From Candidatus Omnitrophota bacterium (GTDB lineage: Bacteria; Omnitrophota; Gorgyraeia; Zapsychrales; Zapsychraceae): 64,000 nt of DNA. The stretch is taken from NCBI GenBank assembly GCA_029261065.1, contig JAJDCB010000011.1, positions 175,168 to 239,167 of the forward strand. The letters run 5' to 3'. The notes under the pieces were generated by a model, which saw nothing but the letters and a program-made list of their open reading frames with translations, did not search any database and was not told the DNA's origin. Positions 20,589-29,396 of this stretch are shown one piece after another (position 1 is the stretch's first letter; every line of letters begins with the position of its first letter). The position numbers were made by a program, and so were the translations under genes.

Positions 20589-22667
20589 ATGATTAGAAAA
20601 TCCTTGGCTGGGCTATTAGCCCTTTGCGCTGTTCTTATCTTTTCAACATCCCTGTTAGCTTCTTCTCATCGAGAAGAACCTCTGATTTCCCCTTCTCTAG
20701 TCACACAAATCACACCCCAAGAAATAGAAAATTTACCTAACCCAGGCCGCAATTTTTCCGATTTTGCGAATATGACACCAAATGTTCATGTAGATGATAC
20801 GGTTGGGCAAGGGTCTGGATATGCTAATGTTGTTATTAGAAGAGAAGGCGCTGTTGGTGAATCTTTTAATCCACAGTTAGGTTCAACCCTAGGTGGTCCG
20901 CTGATAAAAGACAAATTGTGGTTTTTTGGAAATTTTTCAACGAGTCCCAGCAGTGGTATGACGCAGGCCCCAATCAGCAGCCTTCTACAAGGTGGTTTTG
21001 TCGATTTACAATTTACTGGCCGGGATAATCCTACAGGATATATTGGGGATCTCAATTTGCATAATAATACAGGCGATCTTTTCTTTGGGACGATGCCTAA
21101 TGGGACCAATCTTATCCCCAATGATCCATCCGTTCAAAGGATGTCAACGAGTGGTAATTTTGGTGGTCCTATTTTTCCTGGTTCAACATTTACTACTCCT
21201 TTAAATGGATTTTGTAACGATCACAGCTCTTTTCCTCCGCCTGCTACTTTTTCACAACCCCTTTCTTTAACAACCCCCAATGCACAGAGTTCTACAACGA
21301 TTTCAGACGATAGTTCTACGCCAAAAGTTGATCTTACGCGTTGGGCCGTTTTGCAAAGCGGTATTGATCCTTCTAAAGATTTTTATATTACGGCCGATGC
21401 CATAAACCTTTTTAACGAAGATTATGTTATTGCAAAAGTGCCTGGCATTTCTACGGATTATTTAACGGAATTAGCCACGTTACCAGATCTGTCTAACATT
21501 GTAGATACGATGATTCAGAATAATGAGATCAAACCAACGGGCTTGCCTAGTCAAATGAATAGAGACACTACCATTCAATGGAGCACGTGGTTGTTTAGAG
21601 ACAATTTTGATATTCAAAGTGGTGAGAAAAAGATAGAAGATCAAGTAGAACAGTCGGGAGGATCGCAGACATCTGAACAAATTCAAGAGTTGAATGAAAA
21701 CATATGGGGTAATATTCGTTTGGTTAACAAAAAGTTAAAAGAGAATGTTGTAGCAACAGCGCCTAAGATAGCCGATAAACCTAAGGAAGAATGTCCAAAG
21801 TCATTTCGTGAGCAAATGTTGGAACGAGAGTTAAAACAAAAAATGCGGGAAAAAGGTTTGGTTGAAGATTCTTTAGAGAGAATGAAAGGCTGGTTAGAAG
21901 AAATTAATAGCGATCCGGATTATGATGAAAAGACAAGTAAGTATTCAAAAAGCGGGTTACGTCGAGATATTGGGACGACAAAGGGTTTTCTAGATGAGAT
22001 TAATCAAGCGATTGATGATTTAACTAAGCAAATTGAAGAAGAAAGGAAAAAGGATAAATGTAAAGATAAGACGAGTTTTCGTGTTTTTGAATTTTTTGAA
22101 ATGCTTGTTGATGCGATCACACTAACAAATCCTGCTTTTGCTGATGGCGATATTGTTCTTTCGCTAGATGAAGCACGAGCGCAAGCTTTTCGAGCGATTG
22201 ATAAAGCCTTATATGTTTATACGAAGCTTCAACATCTAACGTTTGATTTAGAAAAAATTGCTGAGACTCCGTATGCTAAGAAAAAATCAAAGTTAAAAAA
22301 GAAAGTATTAAAACAGATACGTACCGAGTTAGGAGAGTTGCAGCTTTTTATGCACACATCAAAAGCTAAGTTTGATAAAACAAAGAAATTAACTGATAAG
22401 AACTTTCTTGAGGTTCGAGACATCAATGGCCATCTTTATGTGAAGGGCGGGGCGTTTGATAAATACTGGAGAAGCGTTGAATCTCGATTGGAAAAAAATT
22501 ATGCAAAGTGGGATGACGCGTATTTAAAATTGCTTGAGAGAAGTGAGCAATCTAAACGAGAAGGAAAAGATTATTTGGCTGATTTCAATCGAGATGAGGC
22601 TGAGTTTTTTAAGGTGTTTTCGAGGGTGAAGTTGTATTGGTTGGTTTTGGAAAAAATATATAATTAA
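20589..22667 (+). CDS. Secreted hypothetical protein, paralogue A (TBDR-like motif fragments, thioester-domain-like core, basic helical C-domain)
   Basis: Signal peptide ending SLLA; clear similarity to 22835..25153 in the core and C-terminal domains. Confidence 0.8.
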   Translation: MIRKSLAGLLALCAVLIFSTSLLASSHREEPLISPSLVTQITPQEIENLPNPGRNFSDFANMTPNVHVDDTVGQGSGYANVVIRREGAVGESFNPQLGSTLGGPLIKDKLWFFGNFSTSPSSGMTQAPISSLLQGGFVDLQFTGRDNPTGYIGDLNLHNNTGDLFFGTMPNGTNLIPNDPSVQRMSTSGNFGGPIFPGSTFTTPLNGFCNDHSSFPPPATFSQPLSLTTPNAQSSTTISDDSSTPKVDLTRWAVLQSGIDPSKDFYITADAINLFNEDYVIAKVPGISTDYLTELATLPDLSNIVDTMIQNNEIKPTGLPSQMNRDTTIQWSTWLFRDNFDIQSGEKKIEDQVEQSGGSQTSEQIQELNENIWGNIRLVNKKLKENVVATAPKIADKPKEECPKSFREQMLERELKQKMREKGLVEDSLERMKGWLEEINSDPDYDEKTSKYSKSGLRRDIGTTKGFLDEINQAIDDLTKQIEEERKKDKCKDKTSFRVFEFFEMLVDAITLTNPAFADGDIVLSLDEARAQAFRAIDKALYVYTKLQHLTFDLEKIAETPYAKKKSKLKKKVLKQIRTELGELQLFMHTSKAKFDKTKKLTDKNFLEVRDINGHLYVKGGAFDKYWRSVESRLEKNYAKWDDAYLKLLERSEQSKREGKDYLADFNRDEAEFFKVFSRVKLYWLVLEKIYN

Positions 22668-22680
22668 TATGATTATGTTG

Positions 22681-22805
22681 AGATCCCCGCTTTCGCGGGG
22701 ATGACAATATTGTTTTCTTATAGGGTGCAGCGAAATAGAAAAAGTGTCGTCCTCGCTCCATTTGTCATTCCCGCGAAAGCGGGAATCCATGGGGCGGGGA
22801 TGACA
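22681..22805. repeat. REP/dRS3-like cluster
   Basis: GATCCCCGCTTTCGCGGGGATGACA; TGTCATTCCCGCGAAAGCGGGAATCCA; two half copies. Confidence 0.9.
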
Positions 22806-22834
22806 CTATTAATTTAAAAAAACGGGAGATACTC

Positions 22835-25153
22835 ATGCGCAAAATTTTCACAGCATTATCAATGTTTATTCTATTTACATCCCCAGTCCATGCCATGGAC
22901 GTTGTCATGACTCCAGAAGATTCTGTTGAATGTCCATCAGCGTGTCCATGCTGTGATGATATTATTCCAAATTTAAAAAACAATATGGAAGATTTCAATG
23001 AATATATTGATGACATGAAGAAATATACAGAAGAAAACTATGATTTTAAAAAGGTAAGGCAAAATCACACGGTACGTCAAGATGCGGTTAATCGATCGCA
23101 AAGTTCTGATAGAGATACATCGCGTCAAGGTCATTCCGATTATAGAGATATTGCAGAAAAATTTAAGGACAAGGAAGCTAGTATTACAGAGGATCATAAT
23201 GACATTGATGACTCCTTAGATGACATGGAGCAGATGGCCCAAGATATTATTGCAGATATTGACAAGTTAAAAAACTGTCCTTGTTGGGCTGAAGTTTTAG
23301 AATGTTGTGGAGGTGTCTTGTGTGAACGGTTTCTTTCAGATCGCGCGCAGACAGCTAAAGATTTTCTTGAGAATAAATTGCCTGATTTAAAAAAGAATAA
23401 TGGTTTAGCAAGAAACGGGGCTATGGCGGTTGTGTTAAGTTATAGTGAAGACGCCCAACGCGTTGCAAAAGATGCGATGAAAAATTTACAAAAAGGTTTT
23501 CAAGATCTTTGGAAGTTTGATCCGAGCATTGTTAAAAAGATTGGCGATTGTTGTAAAAAGGGGAAAGACGAATGTTTTGAAGATACCGTCGCTGGCGATT
23601 ATGCATTACCTTTAGATTGGTTGACAGATAGTGGATCAGCCTTAATTGATTTTACGGGTGCTAATAATCCTACAGGGGATATTGGATCTATAGCTGTAAC
23701 AAATCTTACTGGAAAGCCAATGACATTTACTGTGCCAGCAGGAAGTGTTTTAAGTACAGGAGACAACACCGTTCAGCGGATGTCTGTTACTGAGGGTATT
23801 AGAGGAACGGTTAATCCAGGTGAGACTGTTAATTTCCCAGTCCATGGCGTTTGCATGGATTCAACTCTTCACCCGCCACCAGCTTCGACAACAAGTGATA
23901 TAAGTCTCCCAGGTCTTCCTGATTTTTCAGATCTTTTTTCAGGTTTAAATTTAACTCCATCCTCTGGAAGTTTTTGGAAAGACCATGGACTTGATTCGTT
24001 GTTTGGAAATTTAGATGATTTAAAAGAAGAATATGGAGATAAATTGGGCGGCCTTTTGGTTGATGCCTTACCATTTTTTGGAGTTACACCAGACCAAATT
24101 AAACAAATACTTGAAGAGCTTGAACAAGATCAGCAAACAGATATTGATGCGCAATATGATGACATCTTGGATCATTTATGGGAAGAACTTAACACTATGG
24201 GTTTTTCCTCAGAAGTATTTGTTGATATTGCGTTAACAGAGTTCCTTGAAGATTACTTAGATGATCTTTATAAATTTGGTTTAATACCACCCACAGGTCT
24301 TCCTATAGAAACCGAACGAGAAACGCTTTTGCAATGGTTGTATTGGTCGGTCTTAGATGGGTTCGATGAAATGGATGGAGAAAATAAAATAGCGACTGAG
24401 GTAGAAGAAACGGGTGGATCTCAGACGCCTGAACAAATTGCACAATTAAATGAGAACTTGTGGGGCAATGTGCGATTGGTTAAAAAGAAAGCCAAGGAAG
24501 ATCTTACAAATGCAGCCGGCGGGAGTAACACGGGTGCTTTTAAGAGAAAACAAAATTTTTATCAACTTGTCTTAAACTGGCAAAGTGCTTTGAGCGGCTT
24601 AAAGAATATTGTTACTCTGCCGGAAGCTCACGCGCAGAAGTCTTTAAGTATAGAAGAACAGAGGGTTCAGACAGCAAATGCCATGAGACGATTTCAAACA
24701 GTGAAATCTTCTTTGATCAACTTTACATTTGATGTTGAAAATTTAGTTAAGAATGCTGTCTCAATGAAGATTGCTAAAACAAATCAATCAACAGCCGAGT
24801 TTACACGGGCTCAACTTGCTGGTTTAACTCAACAGATTAAAGCCGGTCGACCGACGGTCAACAAAGAGACCGGCATGGATCAGGCGTATTTACAAAGTGT
24901 ATATGCCCACACGCATCAGTTTGTAAAAAAAGATGGAACATTTAACAGCACATGGAAAGACATCAAAAATGATTTGGGTGGTGTTTATAAGAAATGGGAG
25001 GCTAAATATAAAAAGCTTCTTTCTAAAAGCCGTAAGTCTGTTAAGAAGGGTAATCATTATTTAGAAAAGTTGGACCGTGATGAGAGGAAATTTTTTGTTG
25101 TGTTTTCTAAAGTGAAGTTGTATACGATGATTTTGGATAGTATTTATAAATAA
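22835..25153 (+). CDS. Secreted hypothetical protein, paralogue B (Cys-rich N-domain, shared core and C-domain)
   Basis: Signal peptide ending PVHA; shares FTG.NPTG.IG, VQRMS, PTGLP, GGSQT.EQI..LNEN.WGN.RLV and VFS.VKLY with A. Confidence 0.8.
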   Translation: MRKIFTALSMFILFTSPVHAMDVVMTPEDSVECPSACPCCDDIIPNLKNNMEDFNEYIDDMKKYTEENYDFKKVRQNHTVRQDAVNRSQSSDRDTSRQGHSDYRDIAEKFKDKEASITEDHNDIDDSLDDMEQMAQDIIADIDKLKNCPCWAEVLECCGGVLCERFLSDRAQTAKDFLENKLPDLKKNNGLARNGAMAVVLSYSEDAQRVAKDAMKNLQKGFQDLWKFDPSIVKKIGDCCKKGKDECFEDTVAGDYALPLDWLTDSGSALIDFTGANNPTGDIGSIAVTNLTGKPMTFTVPAGSVLSTGDNTVQRMSVTEGIRGTVNPGETVNFPVHGVCMDSTLHPPPASTTSDISLPGLPDFSDLFSGLNLTPSSGSFWKDHGLDSLFGNLDDLKEEYGDKLGGLLVDALPFFGVTPDQIKQILEELEQDQQTDIDAQYDDILDHLWEELNTMGFSSEVFVDIALTEFLEDYLDDLYKFGLIPPTGLPIETERETLLQWLYWSVLDGFDEMDGENKIATEVEETGGSQTPEQIAQLNENLWGNVRLVKKKAKEDLTNAAGGSNTGAFKRKQNFYQLVLNWQSALSGLKNIVTLPEAHAQKSLSIEEQRVQTANAMRRFQTVKSSLINFTFDVENLVKNAVSMKIAKTNQSTAEFTRAQLAGLTQQIKAGRPTVNKETGMDQAYLQSVYAHTHQFVKKDGTFNSTWKDIKNDLGGVYKKWEAKYKKLLSKSRKSVKKGNHYLEKLDRDERKFFVVFSKVKLYTMILDSIYK

Positions 25154-25161
25154 AGTCGCAC

Positions 25162-25252
25162 GGGTCCCCGATTAAAGCATTCGGGGATGACACGATTACG
25201 CTGTCTCCCTGTGCTTTTTAAATAATGTCGTCCCCGCGAAAGCGGGGATCCA
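25162..25252. repeat. REP/dRS3-like cluster
   Basis: GGGTCCCCGATTAAAGCATTCGGGGATGACA; TGTCGTCCCCGCGAAAGCGGGGATCCA. Confidence 0.9.
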
Positions 25253-25265
25253 GTAGGAGAAAAAA

Positions 25266-28200
25266 ATGCTAATAAGATTTCTTCTTTGTGCCGTATTTTC
25301 ATTTTTTGCGCTAACCTCAACTTCCCTCGCCGACCCCGACAGCGTCAACTGGGAAAACATCAATCTCAATTATAAAGCCCCCAAGGCCCCTGTCGAAGAT
25401 AAACAAGATGATACAACGGATAATCTAGTATCAATGCCATCTTTTGAGTATCGACCAGACTCTTTTTTAGATGCGCGCATTGATTTTGAATATTTACTGA
25501 CAGAGCAGAATGGTTTATCCCATCACAAGGATATGGTTTCTTCTACAGCGACATCAAGTCATCTAAATGCTATCAATCAAGATACCATTTTTATTGATAA
25601 TCAAATAAATGCCTTTCAGTATGATTTTGGACGTTCTTTTAATGCGACGCGAGGCGGAGCATTAACACCTATTGAACAACGGGCCTTTGCTACAAATCCT
25701 AATTCTAGTGCTTTTACAATTGATCATGTTCCTACGGGTTTACATTTTGTTACTCCGGATAATCCTTTTACAGATAATGGTTTGCGTTACAATTCGCCGA
25801 TGCTATTTGACGGTAATAATAATTTAATCAGAACTTCCAATCCGTTATTTAATGAGTTTGTTCCCCAGTCAGGGGCTTTTGGTAATCCTGGGGGAGAGTT
25901 GTTTCCGCCAGGAGGATCTTCTGGAATTTCACCTATTAGTGGTTTTGGTACACAGCCACCTGGGGCAACAACCGGTACGCCAGATTCATTTTATGTCAAT
26001 GATACATGGCAGTTAAATGATAAATGGTCTTTTAATACGGGAACACGATTTGATGATCCATCTGGTGCGCCAACGACAGGTGGGAATCAAATAGGTGGTT
26101 TTGGAACGCCGTTTCCACCATCTTTAACAGGTAGTCCTTTTGGCACGCCAGGATTACCAGGTGAGACCAACGGGATTCATGGTCCGATGATTGGGTGTGG
26201 ACGCGTGAATAACGAATGCACCTTGGTTGTCTATGATGCGTCTGGTGCGACGGTGGGAAGTGTTACGGCCGATGAATTATCTGCAGATCCCTATCGTACA
26301 ACCAATTTATTAAATCTCGCCGAGACACGCAGCCGTGATTATTTTGGTGATGATGTTTTTGGCGATTCGAATATTGATCCTATTTTTGCCGATGGATTTG
26401 AATCAGGTGATACATCCGCATGGACAGATTCAGCAGGAAGCGGATCAACAACGCCAAGAGGCAATACATCAACAGAAAATAATGTTTCTCCTGATGCTAT
26501 CTTTGCCGATGGGTTTGAATCGGGGGATACTTCTGCGTGGTCAGATTCACCAAGTGGGGGATCAACAGCGCCAAGTAATAATAATTCGAGTAATGATACA
26601 AATTCAGCTCCAGCTCCAACTCCAACAGCGCCGGATAATGCTGCAGAAATTGCAAGTTTGAAGGATCAAATTAAAGGTATGAAAAAAGGTCTAGATGCGG
26701 CACCCGCAGGAGGAGACAGTTTAGCGAATGCTATGTATGATACTCTCAAAGATAGTTTAGCGAATGCAGAAGCACGTCTGACGGAATTGCAGGGACAAAA
26801 TAATACGACACCAACACCTTCTGAAACAAATTTAAGTTCTCAGCCAGCACCACCTTTGGCGTACGAGGGGCCGTTTAGTCCAACAACAAGATTAGATGGA
26901 GAAAGCGTATATGGATTTCCAAATGCGAGTGCGGGTTCTCCTTCTTCAAGATCGCAGTTAAATTTTGACACCTCATTTACAGGCACAGATCGTTTACAGC
27001 AACATATACCGTCGGGTTACGCTCCTGGAAACGATGCGTCTTTTGGTCAATTTCAAAGGGGATCAACCCTTGAACCGTTTAACCCTTTTGCAAACAATAA
27101 TACCTTCACCGATAGCGCTAGTCAATATCCTCCAGTCAGCGACACGTTTAATCCATCTGCTATGGCAGTAACACGTCTTGGAAATTCTCCAGGAGACACA
27201 GCACATTTAGCCGGCATTCTTAACAGTACGCTCAGTTGTCGCTCTTCCGGCTATGGGCCAAATTGTTTTGACGTATTAGTAAAGTGTGAGGTTTATATTT
27301 ATGTGACGGAAGATGGAAAGGTCTACATTGTGGCTGATAAAGATAGAAAGGCCACAGACAAAACGCCGAATGATCCGTATTACTTTACTGAAGTTAAAAA
27401 GAAAAAGAAGTTGCTTGGTATTATTGGAAGTAATAAAAAGCCTAAGATTAGTATTGGTAGTAATATGAAAATCGGGAAGTCGGTACTTGGGGCAGGGAGC
27501 AGCATCTCTAAGAAAAAATCAAATATTAAAGATCAATGGGGAATCCGTGATGTTGGGTTTTTACCAACAACAGATCCTAATTCTGCTTGGAATTTAGTGG
27601 ATTCAGAAAAACGCAATGTAACCATCGCCATGATTGATTCCGGTCTTGATATGGAACATCCGGATGGACCCAAATATATTTGGAAAAACGAAGGGGAAAT
27701 TCCAGGCAATGGCATTGATGATGATAACAACGGTTATATCGATGATGTTAATGGTTGGAATTTTTTGGATAATAATAATGATCTAACCGACTATAGAGGC
27801 CATGGGACGTTTACCACCGGTATCGTTGCCGCTAAACGTAACAATGGTATTGGGATTGCAGGAATAAATCCAGGCGCTGTCATTATGCCGCTTAAGGTTA
27901 CGGATGATGAGGGTTTAAGCAATAGCATTAATATTTTTCGTGCTGTGAAGTATGCTGTTGATAATGGTGCGAAGATCATCAATATTTCTATCGCAGGCAA
28001 AGAGTTATCAAAAATTTTACAGCTCGCTTTTAATTATGCGCATCGTAAAAATGTGTTAGTTGTTGTTGCTAGTGGAAATGAAGGTGAGTCTCTTGAGGAT
28101 TATGGGCCTGGTGGAGCACAACACGTTATGGCAATTGGGGCTGTTGATTATGGCGGAACGCATAGTGTTATTTCAAGTTGGGGACCGAATAATGCTTTAT

Positions 28201-28793
28201 TAGCTCCAGGTGAAGAAATTTTTTCACTGGCTTCAAAGGATGCGAAAAAGATTTTGCCATCATTACGTAAAGCGGGGATTTATTCTCAATCCGGAACATC
28301 TTATTCGGCACCCATGGTTGCTGCAACAGCATCATTGTTGTTAACGAAATATCCTCATCTAACAAGTGGACAGCTTGAAGATATTATTGTGAGTACATCC
28401 GTAGATATGGGAGAAGAAGGTTGGGATGATAAGAATGGGGCTGGTTTATTGAATGCTGCAGCAGCACTACAATTTAATCAGGATGAGATTCTTCATGTGA
28501 AGTTTAATAAGATTAAAATTAATAAAAACGAAAAGGGAAAGCTTCTGAATGTTGATGTGTTTGCCACCGTGCAAGGAAATATTGAGGAGTTTAGTGTTGA
28601 GGCGGGTAAGAAAAAGATCGCTAAGAAATTTAAGACGGTAGCAGGTCCTTTTAAAGTTCATGCAGATAATAGTTGGGTGGCTCGCATTGATGCAAAGGAT
28701 TTAAAAGGGAATAAAAATTGGACCATTCGTTTAAATGCGTTACACAAAGATGGAACAACAAAAACAGCAAAATCTATCATAACTCTTAATTAA
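25266..28793 (+). CDS. Secreted S8 (subtilisin-like) serine protease with a long low-complexity/mosaic N-terminal region
   Basis: IAMIDSG, GHGTFTTG, SGTSYSAP catalytic triad; NGIDDDNNGYIDD insert; signal peptide. Confidence 0.92.
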   Translation: MLIRFLLCAVFSFFALTSTSLADPDSVNWENINLNYKAPKAPVEDKQDDTTDNLVSMPSFEYRPDSFLDARIDFEYLLTEQNGLSHHKDMVSSTATSSHLNAINQDTIFIDNQINAFQYDFGRSFNATRGGALTPIEQRAFATNPNSSAFTIDHVPTGLHFVTPDNPFTDNGLRYNSPMLFDGNNNLIRTSNPLFNEFVPQSGAFGNPGGELFPPGGSSGISPISGFGTQPPGATTGTPDSFYVNDTWQLNDKWSFNTGTRFDDPSGAPTTGGNQIGGFGTPFPPSLTGSPFGTPGLPGETNGIHGPMIGCGRVNNECTLVVYDASGATVGSVTADELSADPYRTTNLLNLAETRSRDYFGDDVFGDSNIDPIFADGFESGDTSAWTDSAGSGSTTPRGNTSTENNVSPDAIFADGFESGDTSAWSDSPSGGSTAPSNNNSSNDTNSAPAPTPTAPDNAAEIASLKDQIKGMKKGLDAAPAGGDSLANAMYDTLKDSLANAEARLTELQGQNNTTPTPSETNLSSQPAPPLAYEGPFSPTTRLDGESVYGFPNASAGSPSSRSQLNFDTSFTGTDRLQQHIPSGYAPGNDASFGQFQRGSTLEPFNPFANNNTFTDSASQYPPVSDTFNPSAMAVTRLGNSPGDTAHLAGILNSTLSCRSSGYGPNCFDVLVKCEVYIYVTEDGKVYIVADKDRKATDKTPNDPYYFTEVKKKKKLLGIIGSNKKPKISIGSNMKIGKSVLGAGSSISKKKSNIKDQWGIRDVGFLPTTDPNSAWNLVDSEKRNVTIAMIDSGLDMEHPDGPKYIWKNEGEIPGNGIDDDNNGYIDDVNGWNFLDNNNDLTDYRGHGTFTTGIVAAKRNNGIGIAGINPGAVIMPLKVTDDEGLSNSINIFRAVKYAVDNGAKIINISIAGKELSKILQLAFNYAHRKNVLVVVASGNEGESLEDYGPGGAQHVMAIGAVDYGGTHSVISSWGPNNALLAPGEEIFSLASKDAKKILPSLRKAGIYSQSGTSYSAPMVAATASLLLTKYPHLTSGQLEDIIVSTSVDMGEEGWDDKNGAGLLNAAAALQFNQDEILHVKFNKIKINKNEKGKLLNVDVFATVQGNIEEFSVEAGKKKIAKKFKTVAGPFKVHADNSWVARIDAKDLKGNKNWTIRLNALHKDGTTKTAKSIITLN

Positions 28794-28805
28794 GAGGAGA
28801 AAAAC

Positions 28806-29393
28806 GTGATGAAGATATTTAAATATTTTTTAGGTTCTGTGGCATTAGTTGCGATCGTTATGAGTTCTGCCAACGTTACAGCCGCTACATTTGTTATTGA
28901 TCCAGCATACTCCAATATTATCTTTAAGATTGATCATTTAAATGGTTATAACATTGGCGCCTTTCGAAGTTTTGGAGGCTACATCACTCTTAATGATACA
29001 AATGATCAGATTGATAGTGTTATGGCAAGCGTTGATGTCACAAGCATCTATACCAAAAGCCTTGAGCGCGATGCGTTGTTGCGTTCAGAATTATTTTTTG
29101 ATACAGATAAATTTCCTGAAGCAAAGCTTGTTGGGAAAACGATAAAAGATAAGAAGTTGATTTGTGATTTGACGATTAAGGGGAAAACTAGAGAAGTTAT
29201 TTTTGATCTTAAGTTTGGTGCGATTGGTAAAGATCCAAAGGGGATGGTTAAATTTAGTTTATTTGCTAATGGTTCTTTTAATCGGAATGATTTTGGAATC
29301 AAGTTTAATCAAAAGTTGCCAGGAAAGAAGAAGTTGTTAGGAGAGGATGTTGAAATTAAACTTGAATGGGAAGCAACGTTGGTAGGAGCGTAA
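28806..29393 (+). CDS. YceI-family exported protein
   Basis: IDPAYS.I.F.I.H, RDALLRS..FFD..KFP, LTIKG. Confidence 0.88.
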   Translation: MMKIFKYFLGSVALVAIVMSSANVTAATFVIDPAYSNIIFKIDHLNGYNIGAFRSFGGYITLNDTNDQIDSVMASVDVTSIYTKSLERDALLRSELFFDTDKFPEAKLVGKTIKDKKLICDLTIKGKTREVIFDLKFGAIGKDPKGMVKFSLFANGSFNRNDFGIKFNQKLPGKKKLLGEDVEIKLEWEATLVGA

Positions 29394-29396
29394 AAT

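Noticed and set aside
20589-22667. Calling protein A a TonB-dependent receptor or its pseudogene
   Set aside because: Only short motifs match; the ORF is intact, largely helical in its second half, and paralogous to a protein lacking the motifs
22524-23016. Two minus-strand ORFs (MDSRFRGND..., ...GFPLSRE)
   Set aside because: REP-derived and antisense to real genes; the same applies to 30701..30961
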